Notes: generated from the letters alone by a model not told the origin. Shown: positions 19,765-30,110, numbered from the stretch's first letter. The stretch: 64,000 bases of DNA from Pseudomonadota bacterium (GCA_020161575.1 JAIUNR010000008.1:29195-93194); one strand, 5' to 3'. Numbers and translations: made by a program.

Positions 19765-19835
19765 GAGTCCCGTAAGGGAAACTGCCATTTCGGCGGGCGC
19801 TGATCCTTTGCCTCCTTTGATGAGGTAAAAGAACC

Positions 19836-21155
19836 ATGACGCGAGCAATGGTGACGACGCCTTTCGGGCGGCGATCGATCTCGCTTGGCCTGATCGCGAC
19901 GCAGGCGCAGGCGCGGGCGATCGAACCGGAGAAGACCATCCACAAATGGAAGGTTTTCCAGGCGATCACGGAAGCGAAGGACAGGCTCGGCCTGCCGGAT
20001 CGGGCGATCGCGGTGCTCTCCGCGCTTCTCTCGTTCCATCAGGAGACGACGCTTTCGGCGGGCGATCCGCTGATCGTCTTCCCCTCGAACGAGAAGCTCT
20101 GCCAGCGCGCCCATGGCATCGCCCCGGCGACGCTGAGGCGTCATCTCGCGGCGTTGGTCGAGGCGGGTATCGTCATCCGCCGCGACAGCCCGAACGGCAA
20201 GCGTTATGCGCGCCGCGGGCAGGATGGTGAGGTGAGCCTCGCCTTCGGCTTCGAGCTGACGCCCCTCGTCGCGCGCGCTGAAGAGTTCGAGGCGCTGGCG
20301 GCGGAAGTCGCGGCGGAGCGCCGCGTCCTGCGCCTTGCGCGCGAGCGCGTGACCCTCGCGCGACGGGATATCACCAAGATGATCCTGCTCGGTATGGAGG
20401 AGGCGCTGCCGGGGGATTGGGAGGGCCTGCACGCGCAATATCTGGCGCTTGTCGGACCTCTTCGGCGCTCCTCGACGGGGACTCAGTTGCAAGAGATTGC
20501 TGACGGGCTCGAAGGTTTCGCGCGGGAAATCCTCAATCATCTGGAACTCTTCGCGAAATCACGAAATCCAAGCGCCAATGAGTCTCAATCTGAGCGTCAC
20601 AAACAGAATTCAAATACCGAACCATCAGAATCTGAACCTGCTTTCGAAAAAGACAGGGGTGCGGAGCACGAGGCAGATCCTCAGAGTTCGGCGGTCCTGA
20701 AAAGCAGGGAAGGTGCCGAAGATATTCCGGCCGCGGATCCAGCATCGCCGGCAGAGATCTCACGCTCCGGCCTCGGCACGCCGTTGCCGATGGTGCTCGA
20801 AGCCTGCCCGGATATTCTCGATTACATTCCGGGTCGCGAGGGGCAGGGCGGCGATCCCGCGGGCTCCCGCGCGCCTGTTTGGGGCGAATTCCTCAAGGCC
20901 GCGGAGCTGGTGCGGGCGATGCTCGGGATTTCGCCGGATGCCTGGCGCGATGCGGTGGAAACCATGGGGCAGGCGGATGCCGCGATCGTCGTCGCGGCTA
21001 TCTTGCAGAAAGGCGACGAGGTGCGCTTCCCCGGCGGCTATCTGCGGGCGCTGACCGAGAAGAAGCGCGAAGGTCAGTTCTCCGTCGGGCCCATCCTCAT
21101 GGCGCTGATCGGCACAAGGCTCAAGGCGATGCGCGGCGGGCGGGGGCAGCCGTGA
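19836..21155 (+). CDS. repC: Replication initiator RepC; oriV expected in its internal AT-richer segment (~20520-20660)
   Basis: TTPFGRR N-terminus, LSALLSFH, VFPSNEKL, LRRHLAALVEAG, RRDSPNGKRYARR, NESQSERHKQNSN, LGISPDAW, GGYLRAL. Confidence 0.95.
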   Translation: MTRAMVTTPFGRRSISLGLIATQAQARAIEPEKTIHKWKVFQAITEAKDRLGLPDRAIAVLSALLSFHQETTLSAGDPLIVFPSNEKLCQRAHGIAPATLRRHLAALVEAGIVIRRDSPNGKRYARRGQDGEVSLAFGFELTPLVARAEEFEALAAEVAAERRVLRLARERVTLARRDITKMILLGMEEALPGDWEGLHAQYLALVGPLRRSSTGTQLQEIADGLEGFAREILNHLELFAKSRNPSANESQSERHKQNSNTEPSESEPAFEKDRGAEHEADPQSSAVLKSREGAEDIPAADPASPAEISRSGLGTPLPMVLEACPDILDYIPGREGQGGDPAGSRAPVWGEFLKAAELVRAMLGISPDAWRDAVETMGQADAAIVVAAILQKGDEVRFPGGYLRALTEKKREGQFSVGPILMALIGTRLKAMRGGRGQP

Positions 21156-21196
21156 GGAGCGTGGTCAGGCTGAAAGCGGGGCGCCTTGCAACAGGA

Positions 21197-21225
21197 TTGT
21201 CGCCGAACCGTCATCGAGCTGTTGC
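21197..21225 (+). promoter_or_regulatory. Candidate degenerate Pho box upstream of phnC
   Basis: TTGTCGC-CGAA-CCGTCAT-CGAG-CTGTTGC: three heptamers at 11-bp periodicity resembling CTGTCAT. Confidence 0.5.
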
Positions 21226-21272
21226 GCAGGCATCCTAACGAGAGGTCAACGATAGATGGACCGAGGCCTGCC

Positions 21273-22076
21273 ATGCTCGAAATACGGAACCTCACGCGGC
21301 GATTTGGCGACAAGAACGCCGTGGATGACGTATCCCTGACGGTGGAAAGGGGCAGTTTCGTTGGCGTGATCGGGCGCTCGGGCGCAGGCAAGTCGACCCT
21401 CCTGCGCATGGTCAACCGGCTGCAGGAACCTTCCTCGGGGGAGATCCATTGGAACGGCTTGCCGGTCACCGCGCTTTCGGGGCGGGCGCTTCGCCGCTGG
21501 CGGACCTCCTGCGCCATGATCTTCCAGCAATTCAACATCGTGGGGCGGCTTGATGTCCTCACCAATGTGCTGATGGGGCGCCTGCACGCCACCTCCATGA
21601 CGCGCTCGATGCTGAAACTCTGGGCGGAAGATGACCGCGCCCTCGCGATCTCGGCGCTCGAGCAGTTCGATATCGCGAGCCTCGCGAGCCAGCGGGTGGA
21701 AACGCTGTCCGGCGGTCAGCAGCAGCGCGTGGCAATTGCCCGCGCGCTGGTGCAGGAGCCGGAACTGGTGCTCGCGGATGAGCCGATCGCTTCGCTCGAC
21801 CCGCGCAACACCCGCATCGTGATGGATGCGTTGCAGCGGCTGAACAAGCATTTCGGCATCACGGTGATCTGCAACCTGCATGATCTCGATATCGCCAGGG
21901 ATTATTGCGACCGCCTCGTGGGCATGGCGCAGGGGCGCATCGTGTTCGATGGCGCGCCGGAAACCCTGACCGAAGCGACCGCGCGCGAACTTTATGGCCT
22001 TGAGGCCGAGGACGCGATGAACGTGCTCCCACCCCCCGTGCCGGTTCGCCTCCCGGAACTGGCAGCCGTCGCCTGA
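21273..22076 (+). CDS. phnC: Phosphonate ABC transporter ATP-binding protein
   Basis: [61 protein letters not shown]. Confidence 0.93.
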   Translation: MLEIRNLTRRFGDKNAVDDVSLTVERGSFVGVIGRSGAGKSTLLRMVNRLQEPSSGEIHWNGLPVTALSGRALRRWRTSCAMIFQQFNIVGRLDVLTNVLMGRLHATSMTRSMLKLWAEDDRALAISALEQFDIASLASQRVETLSGGQQQRVAIARALVQEPELVLADEPIASLDPRNTRIVMDALQRLNKHFGITVICNLHDLDIARDYCDRLVGMAQGRIVFDGAPETLTEATARELYGLEAEDAMNVLPPPVPVRLPELAAVA

Positions 22077-22105
22077 CCATACCCTTATCAGAAAAGGATC
22101 TGACC

Positions 22106-23014
22106 ATGACGCTTCCCCGTCGTGCGGTGCTTGCCGCCGCCATTCTCAGCCTTGCCGTCCCCGCTTTCGCGCAGGATTGGAAGGCGAAATACCCGGAACT
22201 CGTCTACGCCACTGTGCCATCCGAGAACGCTTCGGGTGTGACCGAGCGTTTCGGCCCGTGGATGGAATATCTGTCGCGTGAACTCGGGGTGAAGGTGACC
22301 CTGCGCATCGCCGCGGATTATGCCGCGGTGATCGAGGGCCAGCGCGCCGGCACGATTCATATCGGCGATTACGGCCCCTCTTCCTATGTGCGTGCCCATA
22401 CGGTCTCGAATGGCGGCGTCGACGCTTTCGCCACGATGCGCGCCTCGGACGGTTCGACCGGCTATTTCTCGGTCGCCTATACCCGCAAGGACGCGGCAGG
22501 CGCCAAGCTTGAGGATTTCAAGGGCAAGAACCTCTGTCTTGTCGATCCCAACTCGACCTCCGGCTTCAATGTGCCGATGTTCGCGATGAACAAGGCCAAT
22601 ATCGACCCCGCGAAATTCTTCGGCAAGGTCGTGAATGCCGGCAGCCATGAGAATGCGCTGATGGCGGTGCTGCAGGGAACCTGCGATGTCGCGTTCAACT
22701 GGTGGAACTCGGACGACGATTCCAACCTCACCCGCATGGCCAACAAGGGCATGGTGAAGAAGGAAGACTTCAAGATCGTCTTCCGTTCGGAGAAGATCCC
22801 CGGCTCGCCCTATGCCGTTCTGACCAGCCTTCCGGCTGACCTCAAGGCTGCCATCGCGAAAGCCTTCTTCGATGCGCCGGGCAAGGCGCCGGAGGCCTTC
22901 AAGCGCCTTTCGGACGGCAAGTCGGCGGGGTTCGCGCCGGTGAAGCACTCCGATTACAAGGTCACGGAAGACCTTCAGAAATTCGTCGATTCGCTGCGCA
23001 AGAAGGGCTCATGA
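22106..23014 (+). CDS. phnD: Phosphonate ABC transporter substrate-binding protein
   Basis: Signal peptide, DYAAVIEG, DPNSTSG, GSHENA; located between phnC and phnE. Confidence 0.92.
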   Translation: MTLPRRAVLAAAILSLAVPAFAQDWKAKYPELVYATVPSENASGVTERFGPWMEYLSRELGVKVTLRIAADYAAVIEGQRAGTIHIGDYGPSSYVRAHTVSNGGVDAFATMRASDGSTGYFSVAYTRKDAAGAKLEDFKGKNLCLVDPNSTSGFNVPMFAMNKANIDPAKFFGKVVNAGSHENALMAVLQGTCDVAFNWWNSDDDSNLTRMANKGMVKKEDFKIVFRSEKIPGSPYAVLTSLPADLKAAIAKAFFDAPGKAPEAFKRLSDGKSAGFAPVKHSDYKVTEDLQKFVDSLRKKGS

Positions 23015-23037
23015 CGCGCCGCATTGAGCCGCTAGAT

Positions 23038-23062
23038 GCCGGGGTTCGCCCCCGGCCTTTTT
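23038..23062 (+). terminator. Intrinsic terminator/attenuator-like hairpin after phnD
   Basis: GCCGGGG-TTCG-CCCCCGGC followed by CTTTTT. Confidence 0.6.
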
Positions 23063-23099
23063 CATGAGCTGCCGATTCCCGACCTTCGCGAGCACATCC

Positions 23100-23984
23100 A
23101 TGGCCACGGCTGTCACCCGCCTACCCGATCACCAGATCGCGCCGTATCTCGCCGCCTATGATCGCGAGCAGGCCGCGAAAAGCCGCGCCGGCCTGTTCGG
23201 GCTCGCCCTATTGCTTGTGCTTATCCTTGTCGCGAGCCATGTCGCGGAGGTCGAGCCGGCAAAATTCGCGGCGAATATCCATCAATTCACGAGCTACATC
23301 GCTCGCATTTTCTACCTCGATAACGGGCAGTTTGTACTCACCGACCCGGCCGAATGGTTCTGGGGTTGGAGGAAATGGCTCGTCCATATCGGCGATACGC
23401 TGCTCATCGCTTATCTTGGCACATTGCTGGGGGCTATCGCGGCGTTTCTCGTCTGTTTCGCCGCCTCCTCGAATCTCGCGCGCAATCCGGCGAGCCGCTT
23501 CGTGGCCCGCCGCCTGCTCGAATTCTGCCGCACCGTGCCGGAACTGGTTTTCGCGCTTGTTTTCGTTGTCGCCTTCGGGCTCGGGCCCATGCCCGGCGTT
23601 CTGGCCATCGCGATCCATACCTTCGGCGCCTTGGGCAAGCTTTTTGCGGAAGTCGTCGAGAACATCGACATGAAGCCGGTGGATGGCGCCATCGCGACCG
23701 GCGCGGGCCGCTGGCAGGTGATCCGCTATGCCGTGGTGCCGCAGGTGCTCTCGAATTTCGCGAGCTACAGCCTTCTGCGCTTTGAGATCAACGTGCGCGG
23801 CGCCTCGGTGATGGGGTTTGTCGGGGCTGGCGGCATCGGCCAGGAGCTGATCGAGGCCGTGCGTAAATTCTACTATTCGGATGTCTCCGCGATCCTCCTG
23901 CTCATCATCGCCACCGTGATGGTGATCGACCTCGTGACGGAGCGCATCCGCCATCGCCTGATTGCCGGGGAGGCGCGCCGATGA
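23100..23984 (+). CDS. phnE: Phosphonate ABC permease (first copy)
   Basis: RTVPELVFAL, GLGPMPGVLAIAIHT, LGKLFAEVVE, RFEINVRGASVMGFVGAGGIG. Confidence 0.93.
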   Translation: MATAVTRLPDHQIAPYLAAYDREQAAKSRAGLFGLALLLVLILVASHVAEVEPAKFAANIHQFTSYIARIFYLDNGQFVLTDPAEWFWGWRKWLVHIGDTLLIAYLGTLLGAIAAFLVCFAASSNLARNPASRFVARRLLEFCRTVPELVFALVFVVAFGLGPMPGVLAIAIHTFGALGKLFAEVVENIDMKPVDGAIATGAGRWQVIRYAVVPQVLSNFASYSLLRFEINVRGASVMGFVGAGGIGQELIEAVRKFYYSDVSAILLLIIATVMVIDLVTERIRHRLIAGEARR

Positions 23985-24835
23985 ACCCGAAAGCCTCGCT
24001 TCTGGACCGCGACAGCGCAAGGCGGAACCATCCCGGCCTGATCCGGCCCTCGCCGAAGACCCGCATCGTCACAACCCTTGTTCTCGCCGCGATGCTCGCG
24101 CTTGCCCTTTTCGCGCTGGCGCGGCTTGAGTTTTCCTTCGCCCGCATCGGCAATGGGCTGGGTCAGCTCGCGACCTTTCTGGGCCTGATGCTGCCACCCT
24201 CGGCGGGCGGACATGCCGGCCTGTTCCTGAAATCGCTGGGTGAAACGGTCGCGATCGCCTTTCTCGGCACCTTGCTGGCGGCAACCATCGCGCTGCCCCT
24301 GGGTTTCATGGCGGCGCAGGGCATGATCGGCGGCCGGGCGACGCGTTTCCTCACGCGGCGCTTCTCGGATACGATCCGGGGCGTCGATACGCTCATCTGG
24401 GCGCTGATCTGGATCAATGTGGTGGGGCTCGGGCCCTTCGCTGGGGTGCTGGCGATCATGACCAGCGATATCGGCTCCTTCACGAAGCTCTTCTCCGAGG
24501 CCGTGGAGGCGATTGATCGCAAGCCGGCGGAAGGCGTGACCTCCACGGGCGGCAACCGCCTGCATGTGATGCGTTTTGGGGTACTGCCGCAGGTAATGCC
24601 GGTGCTGATCAGCCAGACGCTCTATTATTTCGAATCCAATACCCGCTCCGCCACCATCATCGGCATTGTCGGGGCAGGGGGGATCGGGCTGCATCTCGCG
24701 GAGATGATCCGCACCTTCGAATGGGATCGCGTGGCCTTCATCATCCTGCTGATTCTCGCGGCCGTGGCCGTGATCGATTTCGTCTCGTCGCGCCTGCGCA
24801 TCCGCCTCATCGGCGCGCGGCGTGTGGAAGCCTGA
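23981..24835 (+). CDS. phnE: Phosphonate ABC permease (second copy)
   Basis: RGVDTLIWAL, GLGPFAGVLA, KLFSEAVE, FESNTRSATIIGIVGAGGIG. Confidence 0.93.
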   Translation: MNPKASLLDRDSARRNHPGLIRPSPKTRIVTTLVLAAMLALALFALARLEFSFARIGNGLGQLATFLGLMLPPSAGGHAGLFLKSLGETVAIAFLGTLLAATIALPLGFMAAQGMIGGRATRFLTRRFSDTIRGVDTLIWALIWINVVGLGPFAGVLAIMTSDIGSFTKLFSEAVEAIDRKPAEGVTSTGGNRLHVMRFGVLPQVMPVLISQTLYYFESNTRSATIIGIVGAGGIGLHLAEMIRTFEWDRVAFIILLILAAVAVIDFVSSRLRIRLIGARRVEA

Positions 24836-24839
24836 GACT

Positions 24840-24857
24840 CTGTCATCCAAGTGTCAC
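24840..24857 (+). promoter_or_regulatory. Pho box upstream of phnG
   Basis: CTGTCAT-CCAA-GTGTCAC, a near-consensus PhoB site starting 5 bp after the phnE stop and about 60 bp before phnG. Confidence 0.72.
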
Positions 24858-24915
24858 CGGAGCATCATCCGGGCGTCATCGCCAGGGTGGAAGAGACGGC
24901 ATCCTGAATGAGCGG

Positions 24916-25392
24916 ATGACAGACATGCCCGATACCGAGGCCGCGAGGCCTAATCTTGATTGCCGTGCCGTGACGATGGCGCTTCTGGCCCGCGCGGAGT
25001 GTGAAGAACTCTCCCGCCCCCTCGAGGTATTCTGGCCGGATCTCGCCTTCACGATGGTTCGCGCCCCGGAAACCGGCCTCGTGATGCTCCGCGGGCGGAT
25101 GGGCGGCGACGGCGCGCCCTTCAATCTCGGCGAAGCGACCGTGACCCGCGCCGTGGTGGAACTTCAAACCGGCGAACGCGGCTACGCCCAGCGCCTTGGC
25201 CGCGATATTTCCGGCGTGAAAAAGGCTGCGATCATCGAGGCGCTGGCGCAGCGGGACGCGGATCGCCCGCTTGTGGAACGCAACGTGCTGGTGCCGATCC
25301 GGCAGCGTCTGGCGGAGGAGGCAAGCCGGAAACGCGCCGAAACCGCTGCCACGCGCGTCGATTTCTTCACACTCGTGCGCGCGGAGGGCTGA
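24916..25392 (+). CDS. phnG: C-P lyase subunit PhnG
   Basis: PETGLVMLRGRMGGDGAPFNLGEATVTRA and TAATRVDFFTLVRAEG. Start 24916 or 24925. Confidence 0.93.
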   Translation: MTDMPDTEAARPNLDCRAVTMALLARAECEELSRPLEVFWPDLAFTMVRAPETGLVMLRGRMGGDGAPFNLGEATVTRAVVELQTGERGYAQRLGRDISGVKKAAIIEALAQRDADRPLVERNVLVPIRQRLAEEASRKRAETAATRVDFFTLVRAEG

Positions 25393-25393
25393 G

Positions 25394-25978
25394 ATGAGCC
25401 TCGCTGGTCTTCAAAATCCCGTTCTTGACCAGCAGGCGACCTTCCGCGCCGTGATGCAGGCGCTCGCCGAACCCGGCCACGCCGTGCCTGCCGGGGCTGT
25501 TGCGGGGGAAGCCTCCCCGCTTGGCCCGGTCGCCCGCGCCATCGCGCTGAGCCTGCTCGATTTCGAGGTGCAATTCCATTTGTCCCCGAGCCTCGCATCG
25601 GCTGAAGGCGACCTCACCTTCCATACCGGCTCGCGGCGCGCTGCCCGGCCTGATGAGGCGGAATTCGCCTTTCTCGATCTTCGCCACGATGCGCTGGATC
25701 TCGCCTCCTTCGCGCAGGGCACCCCGGAATACCCGGATCGATCGACCACGCTGGTCTTGCGTGTTGAGAGCTTCGCGGAGGGAAACCCGCTGACCCTCGC
25801 CGGGCCGGGGATTCCCGGTTCGCGCAAGTGCCGGATCGCCGGCCTGCCGGTTGATTTCGCCGCGCAATGGGGCGCGAACGCAGCCCGCTCGCCGCTGGGC
25901 GTCGATCTCATCTTCACGACCAGCGAGGCCGTTCTCGGCCTGCCGCGCTCCACGCGGATCATCGAGGAGGCGCGCTGA
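25394..25978 (+). CDS. phnH: C-P lyase subunit PhnH
   Basis: QQATFRAVMQALAEPG, FAQGTPEYPDRSTTL, LAGPGI, PLGVDLIF, GLPRSTRI. Confidence 0.93.
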   Translation: MSLAGLQNPVLDQQATFRAVMQALAEPGHAVPAGAVAGEASPLGPVARAIALSLLDFEVQFHLSPSLASAEGDLTFHTGSRRAARPDEAEFAFLDLRHDALDLASFAQGTPEYPDRSTTLVLRVESFAEGNPLTLAGPGIPGSRKCRIAGLPVDFAAQWGANAARSPLGVDLIFTTSEAVLGLPRSTRIIEEAR

Positions 25979-27078
25979 TGTATGTTGCTGTGAAAGGTGG
26001 CGAGCGCGCCATCGCCAATGCCCATCGCCTGCTCGAACACGAACGGCGCGGTGATCGGAGCGTGCCGGAAATCGGCACGGCGCAGATCGAGCAGCAGCTC
26101 AGCCTCGCGGTTGACCGCGTGATGAGCGAGGGCTCGCTTTACGATCGCGCCCTCGCTGCGCTTGCGATCAAGCAGGCGCGCGGAGACCTCATCGAGGCGA
26201 TTTTCCTCATCCGAGCCTATCGCACCACCCTGCCGCGCTTCGGCTTCTCCGTGCCGCTGGATACGGCGGCGATGGCCATCCGCCGGCGCATCTCCTCGAC
26301 CTACAAGGATCTGCCGGGCGGGCAGGTTCTGGGGCCGACCTTCGACTACACCCATCGCCTGCTTGATTTCGCGCTGGCGGCGGAAGGGGAGCCGGAGGCG
26401 CCTGCCACGGCGCCGGTGGATACGGAGCTGCGTTTTCCGCGCGTCACGGATCTCATCGCCGAGGATGATCTCATCGAGCGCAACCCGCCGGCTGATCCGG
26501 CTGGGCCCGTGGGCGATCTCACCCGCGAACCGCTGGCGTTTCCGGCGGAGCGCGACCTCAGGCTCCAGAACCTCGCGCGCGGCGACGAGGGGTTCCTGCT
26601 CGCCCTCGGCTATTCGACCCAGCGCGGCTATGGCCGCAACCACCCTTTCGTGGGGGAAATCCGCATGGGCGAGGTGGAGGTCGAGTTCGAGATCCCGGAA
26701 CTGGGCATCACCGTGTCGCTCGGCGCGGTGACGCTGACCGAATGCCAGATGGTGAACCAGTTCAAGGGCTCGCTCACCGAGCCCGCGAAGTTCACGCGCG
26801 GCTATGGCCTTTCCTTCGGCCATTGCGAGCGTCGGGCCATGTCGATGTCGCTGGTCGATCGCGCCCTGCGCGCGGACGAGCTGGGCGAGGAGCGCACCAG
26901 CCCCGCGCAGGACGAGGAATTCGTCCTCTCGCATTCCGACAACATCCAGGCGACCGGCTTTGTCGAGCACCTGAAGCTGCCGCATTACGTCGATTTCCAG
27001 GCCGAACTCGCCTTGCTCCGGCAGATGCGCCGCGAACACGAAGCACGTCAGAACACCTACCCGGAGGCCGCGGAATGA
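25978..27078 (+). CDS. phnI: C-P lyase subunit PhnI
   Basis: MYVAVKGGERAIANAH, KQARGD, LGPTFDYTHRLL, GYGRNHPF, GFVEHLKLPHYVDFQ. Confidence 0.96.
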   Translation: MYVAVKGGERAIANAHRLLEHERRGDRSVPEIGTAQIEQQLSLAVDRVMSEGSLYDRALAALAIKQARGDLIEAIFLIRAYRTTLPRFGFSVPLDTAAMAIRRRISSTYKDLPGGQVLGPTFDYTHRLLDFALAAEGEPEAPATAPVDTELRFPRVTDLIAEDDLIERNPPADPAGPVGDLTREPLAFPAERDLRLQNLARGDEGFLLALGYSTQRGYGRNHPFVGEIRMGEVEVEFEIPELGITVSLGAVTLTECQMVNQFKGSLTEPAKFTRGYGLSFGHCERRAMSMSLVDRALRADELGEERTSPAQDEEFVLSHSDNIQATGFVEHLKLPHYVDFQAELALLRQMRREHEARQNTYPEAAE

Positions 27079-27968
27079 GCCGGACAGCGGAAAACTATCG
27101 CGGATACAACTTCGCCTATCTCGACGAGCAGACGAAACGGATGATCCGCCGCGCGATCCTGAAAGCGATCGCCATACCCGGCTATCAGGTGCCCTTCGCC
27201 AGCCGCGAAATGCCCATGCCCTATGGCTGGGGCACGGGCGGCGTGCAGGTGACGGCGGCGATCCTCGGCCCCTCCGATGTACTCAAGGTGATAGACCAGG
27301 GCGCGGATGACACCACCAACGCGGTTTCGATCCGCCAGTTCTTCGAGAAGACGGCCGGCGTGGAAACCACTACCGAAACCGGGAAGGCGAGCGTCATCCA
27401 GACGCGTCACCGTATTCCCGAGGCGAAGCTTCAGGCCAACCAGGTGCTCGTCTATCAGGTGCCGATCCCCGAGCCCCTGCGCTTCCTGGAGCCGCGCGAA
27501 ACCGAGACCCGCACCCTCCATGCCCTCGCCGAATATGGCCTGATGCATGTGCGTCTCTACGAGGATATCGCCCAGCACGGCCATATCGCGAAGACCTATG
27601 CCTATCCGGTGCTGGTGGCGGATCGCTACGTGATGGACCCTTCGCCCATCCCGAAATTCGACAATCCGAAGATGCATGAAAGCGCGGCGCTTCAGCTTTT
27701 CGGCGCCGGCCGGGAGAAGCGGATCTACGCCGTTCCGCCACATACCAAGGTCGTGAGCCTCGATTTCGAGGACCACCCCTTCGAGGCGACGAAATTCGAG
27801 CAGCCCTGCGCGCTTTGCGGCGCGAAGGACAGCTATCTCGACGAGGTGATCACCGATGATCGCGGCGGACGGATGTTCGTCTGCTCCGACACCCATCATT
27901 GCGAAACCCGCCGCTGCGAGGGCCATCTCGGCCCGCTCGGCATGCCCGTGACGGAGGCTGCGGAATGA
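27075..27968 (+). CDS. phnJ: Radical-SAM C-P lyase PhnJ
   Basis: GYNFAYLDEQTKRMIRRAILKA, MPMPYGWGTGG, KVIDQGADDTTNA, CALC...FVCSDT Fe-S cysteines. Confidence 0.97.
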   Translation: MSRTAENYRGYNFAYLDEQTKRMIRRAILKAIAIPGYQVPFASREMPMPYGWGTGGVQVTAAILGPSDVLKVIDQGADDTTNAVSIRQFFEKTAGVETTTETGKASVIQTRHRIPEAKLQANQVLVYQVPIPEPLRFLEPRETETRTLHALAEYGLMHVRLYEDIAQHGHIAKTYAYPVLVADRYVMDPSPIPKFDNPKMHESAALQLFGAGREKRIYAVPPHTKVVSLDFEDHPFEATKFEQPCALCGAKDSYLDEVITDDRGGRMFVCSDTHHCETRRCEGHLGPLGMPVTEAAE

Positions 27969-28735
27969 ACCCGCTTCTCGTGGCCGAAGGCCTTTCGAAA
28001 TTCTATGGCGCGCGTATCGGCTGCCGCGATGTGCGCTTCGCGCTCGAACCCGGCGAGGTGCTCGCCATCGTGGGCGAATCCGGTTCGGGCAAGACAACGC
28101 TGCTCAACCTGCTTTCGGGCCAGCTCGCGCCCGATTCCGGCGCGGTGCGCTATCGCCTGCGCGACGGGCGGACGAAGAACCTGCTCGATCTCAGCGAGGC
28201 CGAAAGGCGGCTTCTCGCGCGCACCGATTGGGGTTTCGTGCATCAGGATGCGCGCAACGGCCTGAGGATGGGCGTATCCGCCGGCGGCAATATCGGCGAG
28301 CGCCTGATGGGCGTGGGCGACCGGCATTACGGGCGCATCCGCGAGAACGCGATGGCATGGCTTGGCCGTGTCGAGATCGATACGGGCCGCATCGACGACA
28401 AGCCGACGCAATTCTCCGGCGGCATGCGCCAGCGCTTGCAGATCGCCCGCAATCTCGTGACGCATCCGCGTCTCGTTTTCATGGACGAGCCGACCGGCGG
28501 TCTTGATGTCTCGGTTCAGGCGCGCCTGCTCGATCTCATCCGCGGTCTCGTGGCCGATCTCGGCCTCGCGGTGGTGCTGGTCACGCATGACCTCGCCGTC
28601 GCGCGCCTTCTCTCGCATCGCATCCTCGTCATGAAGGACGGCCATGTGATCGAGGCGGGGCTGACGGACCGCGTACTCGACGATCCGCAGGAAGCCTACA
28701 CGCAGCTGCTCGTTTCGTCCGTTCTCGCGGCATGA
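27965..28735 (+). CDS. phnK: C-P lyase ABC-type ATPase PhnK
   Basis: GESGSGKTT, RTDWGFVHQ, AGGNIGERL, FSGGMRQRLQIARNL, MDEPTGGLDVSVQARLLD. Confidence 0.95.
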   Translation: MNPLLVAEGLSKFYGARIGCRDVRFALEPGEVLAIVGESGSGKTTLLNLLSGQLAPDSGAVRYRLRDGRTKNLLDLSEAERRLLARTDWGFVHQDARNGLRMGVSAGGNIGERLMGVGDRHYGRIRENAMAWLGRVEIDTGRIDDKPTQFSGGMRQRLQIARNLVTHPRLVFMDEPTGGLDVSVQARLLDLIRGLVADLGLAVVLVTHDLAVARLLSHRILVMKDGHVIEAGLTDRVLDDPQEAYTQLLVSSVLAA

Positions 28736-29454
28736 GGCCTAAGATGAACCCCGTTTTGCAAGTCTCCGGCCTTTCCAAGGCCTTTCATCTCCACCTTCAT
28801 GGCGGCACGCGCCTGCCGGTGGTTGAGGGCGTTGATTTCGTTGTCCATCAAGGCGAATGCGTGGTGCTCGGCGGGCCTTCCGGCGCGGGAAAATCCTCGA
28901 TCCTCAAGGCGATCTACGGCAATTATCTCGCCAGTTCCGGCGCGATCATCCTCGATGACGGCGAAGCGCCGGTCGATGTGGTGACGGCTTCGCCCGGCGC
29001 TATCATCGCCTTGCGCCGGCACATGATGGGCTATGTCAGCCAGTTCCTGCGCGTCATTCCACGGGTGCCGGCGATCGAGATCGTCGCCGAAGCCGCCCGC
29101 GCCTCGGGGTTTTCGCCGGATGAAGCGGGCGGGCGCGCGGGTCGGCTTCTCGCGCATCTCAACCTTCCCGAACGGCTCTGGAACCTGCCGCCCGCGACCT
29201 TCTCGGGCGGCGAGCAGCAGCGCGTGAATATCGCGCGTGGTTTTGCGGGCGACCACCGTTTCCTGATCCTCGATGAGCCCACGGCCTCGCTGGATGCGGC
29301 CAACCGCGAGGCGGTGATCGCGCTCATCGCTGAAAGGAAGGCGGTCGGCACGGCCTTCCTCGGCATTTTCCACGATGCGGAGGTGCGCGAGCGCGTGGCG
29401 GACCGCACCATCGACGTCACCCGGTTCTCCCCGGTTCGGGAGATTGCCGCATGA
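28732..29454 (+). CDS. phnL: C-P lyase ABC-type ATPase PhnL
   Basis: [45 protein letters not shown]. Start 28732 or 28744. Confidence 0.95.
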   Translation: MRPKMNPVLQVSGLSKAFHLHLHGGTRLPVVEGVDFVVHQGECVVLGGPSGAGKSSILKAIYGNYLASSGAIILDDGEAPVDVVTASPGAIIALRRHMMGYVSQFLRVIPRVPAIEIVAEAARASGFSPDEAGGRAGRLLAHLNLPERLWNLPPATFSGGEQQRVNIARGFAGDHRFLILDEPTASLDAANREAVIALIAERKAVGTAFLGIFHDAEVRERVADRTIDVTRFSPVREIAA

Positions 29455-30110
29455 GCGCCGAGATCCAGCCCATCCGCAAGACGAAACTCTCCGAGACGCC
29501 GCTCGTCCATCCGAGCGCGGAGATCCGTAACACGGTCCTCGGCCGCTATACCGAGATTTACGAGCGCTGCACGATCAGCGACAGCGCGATCGGCGATTAT
29601 TCGTATGTCGTGCGCGATGGCGAGATCTGGTGCGCCACGATCGGCAAGTTCGTGAACATCGCCTCGCATGCGCGCATCAACGCCCCGAACCACCCGACCT
29701 GGCGCGCGACACTCCACCACTTCACCTATCGCGCCGAGAATTACTGGCCGGATGCCGAAGCCGAGGCGGATTTCTTCGATTGGCGGCGTCAGCACGCCGT
29801 GACCATCGGCCACGATGTCTGGCTCGGCCACGGCGTCACGATCCTGCCGGGCGTGACCATCGGCAACGGGGCGGTGATCGGCGCCGGCGCGGTCGTGAGC
29901 CGGGATGTCGAGGCCTACACCATCGTGGCCGGCGTGCCGGCGAAACCCGTCCGCCGCCGCTTCCCCGAGGAGATTGCCGCCCGTCTCGAGGCGCTGGCCT
30001 GGTGGGACTGGAGCCATGCCCGCCTGCGCGCCGCGCTCGAGGATTTCCGCACGCTTTCGGTCGAGACCTTTCTCGATCGCCACGAAAACCAACCCCGCGA
30101 GGTTCCATGA
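29451..30110 (+). CDS. Hexapeptide-repeat acyltransferase (phosphonate-cluster associated, CAT/LbetaH-like)
   Basis: [59 protein letters not shown]. Confidence 0.88.
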   Translation: MSAEIQPIRKTKLSETPLVHPSAEIRNTVLGRYTEIYERCTISDSAIGDYSYVVRDGEIWCATIGKFVNIASHARINAPNHPTWRATLHHFTYRAENYWPDAEAEADFFDWRRQHAVTIGHDVWLGHGVTILPGVTIGNGAVIGAGAVVSRDVEAYTIVAGVPAKPVRRRFPEEIAARLEALAWWDWSHARLRAALEDFRTLSVETFLDRHENQPREVP

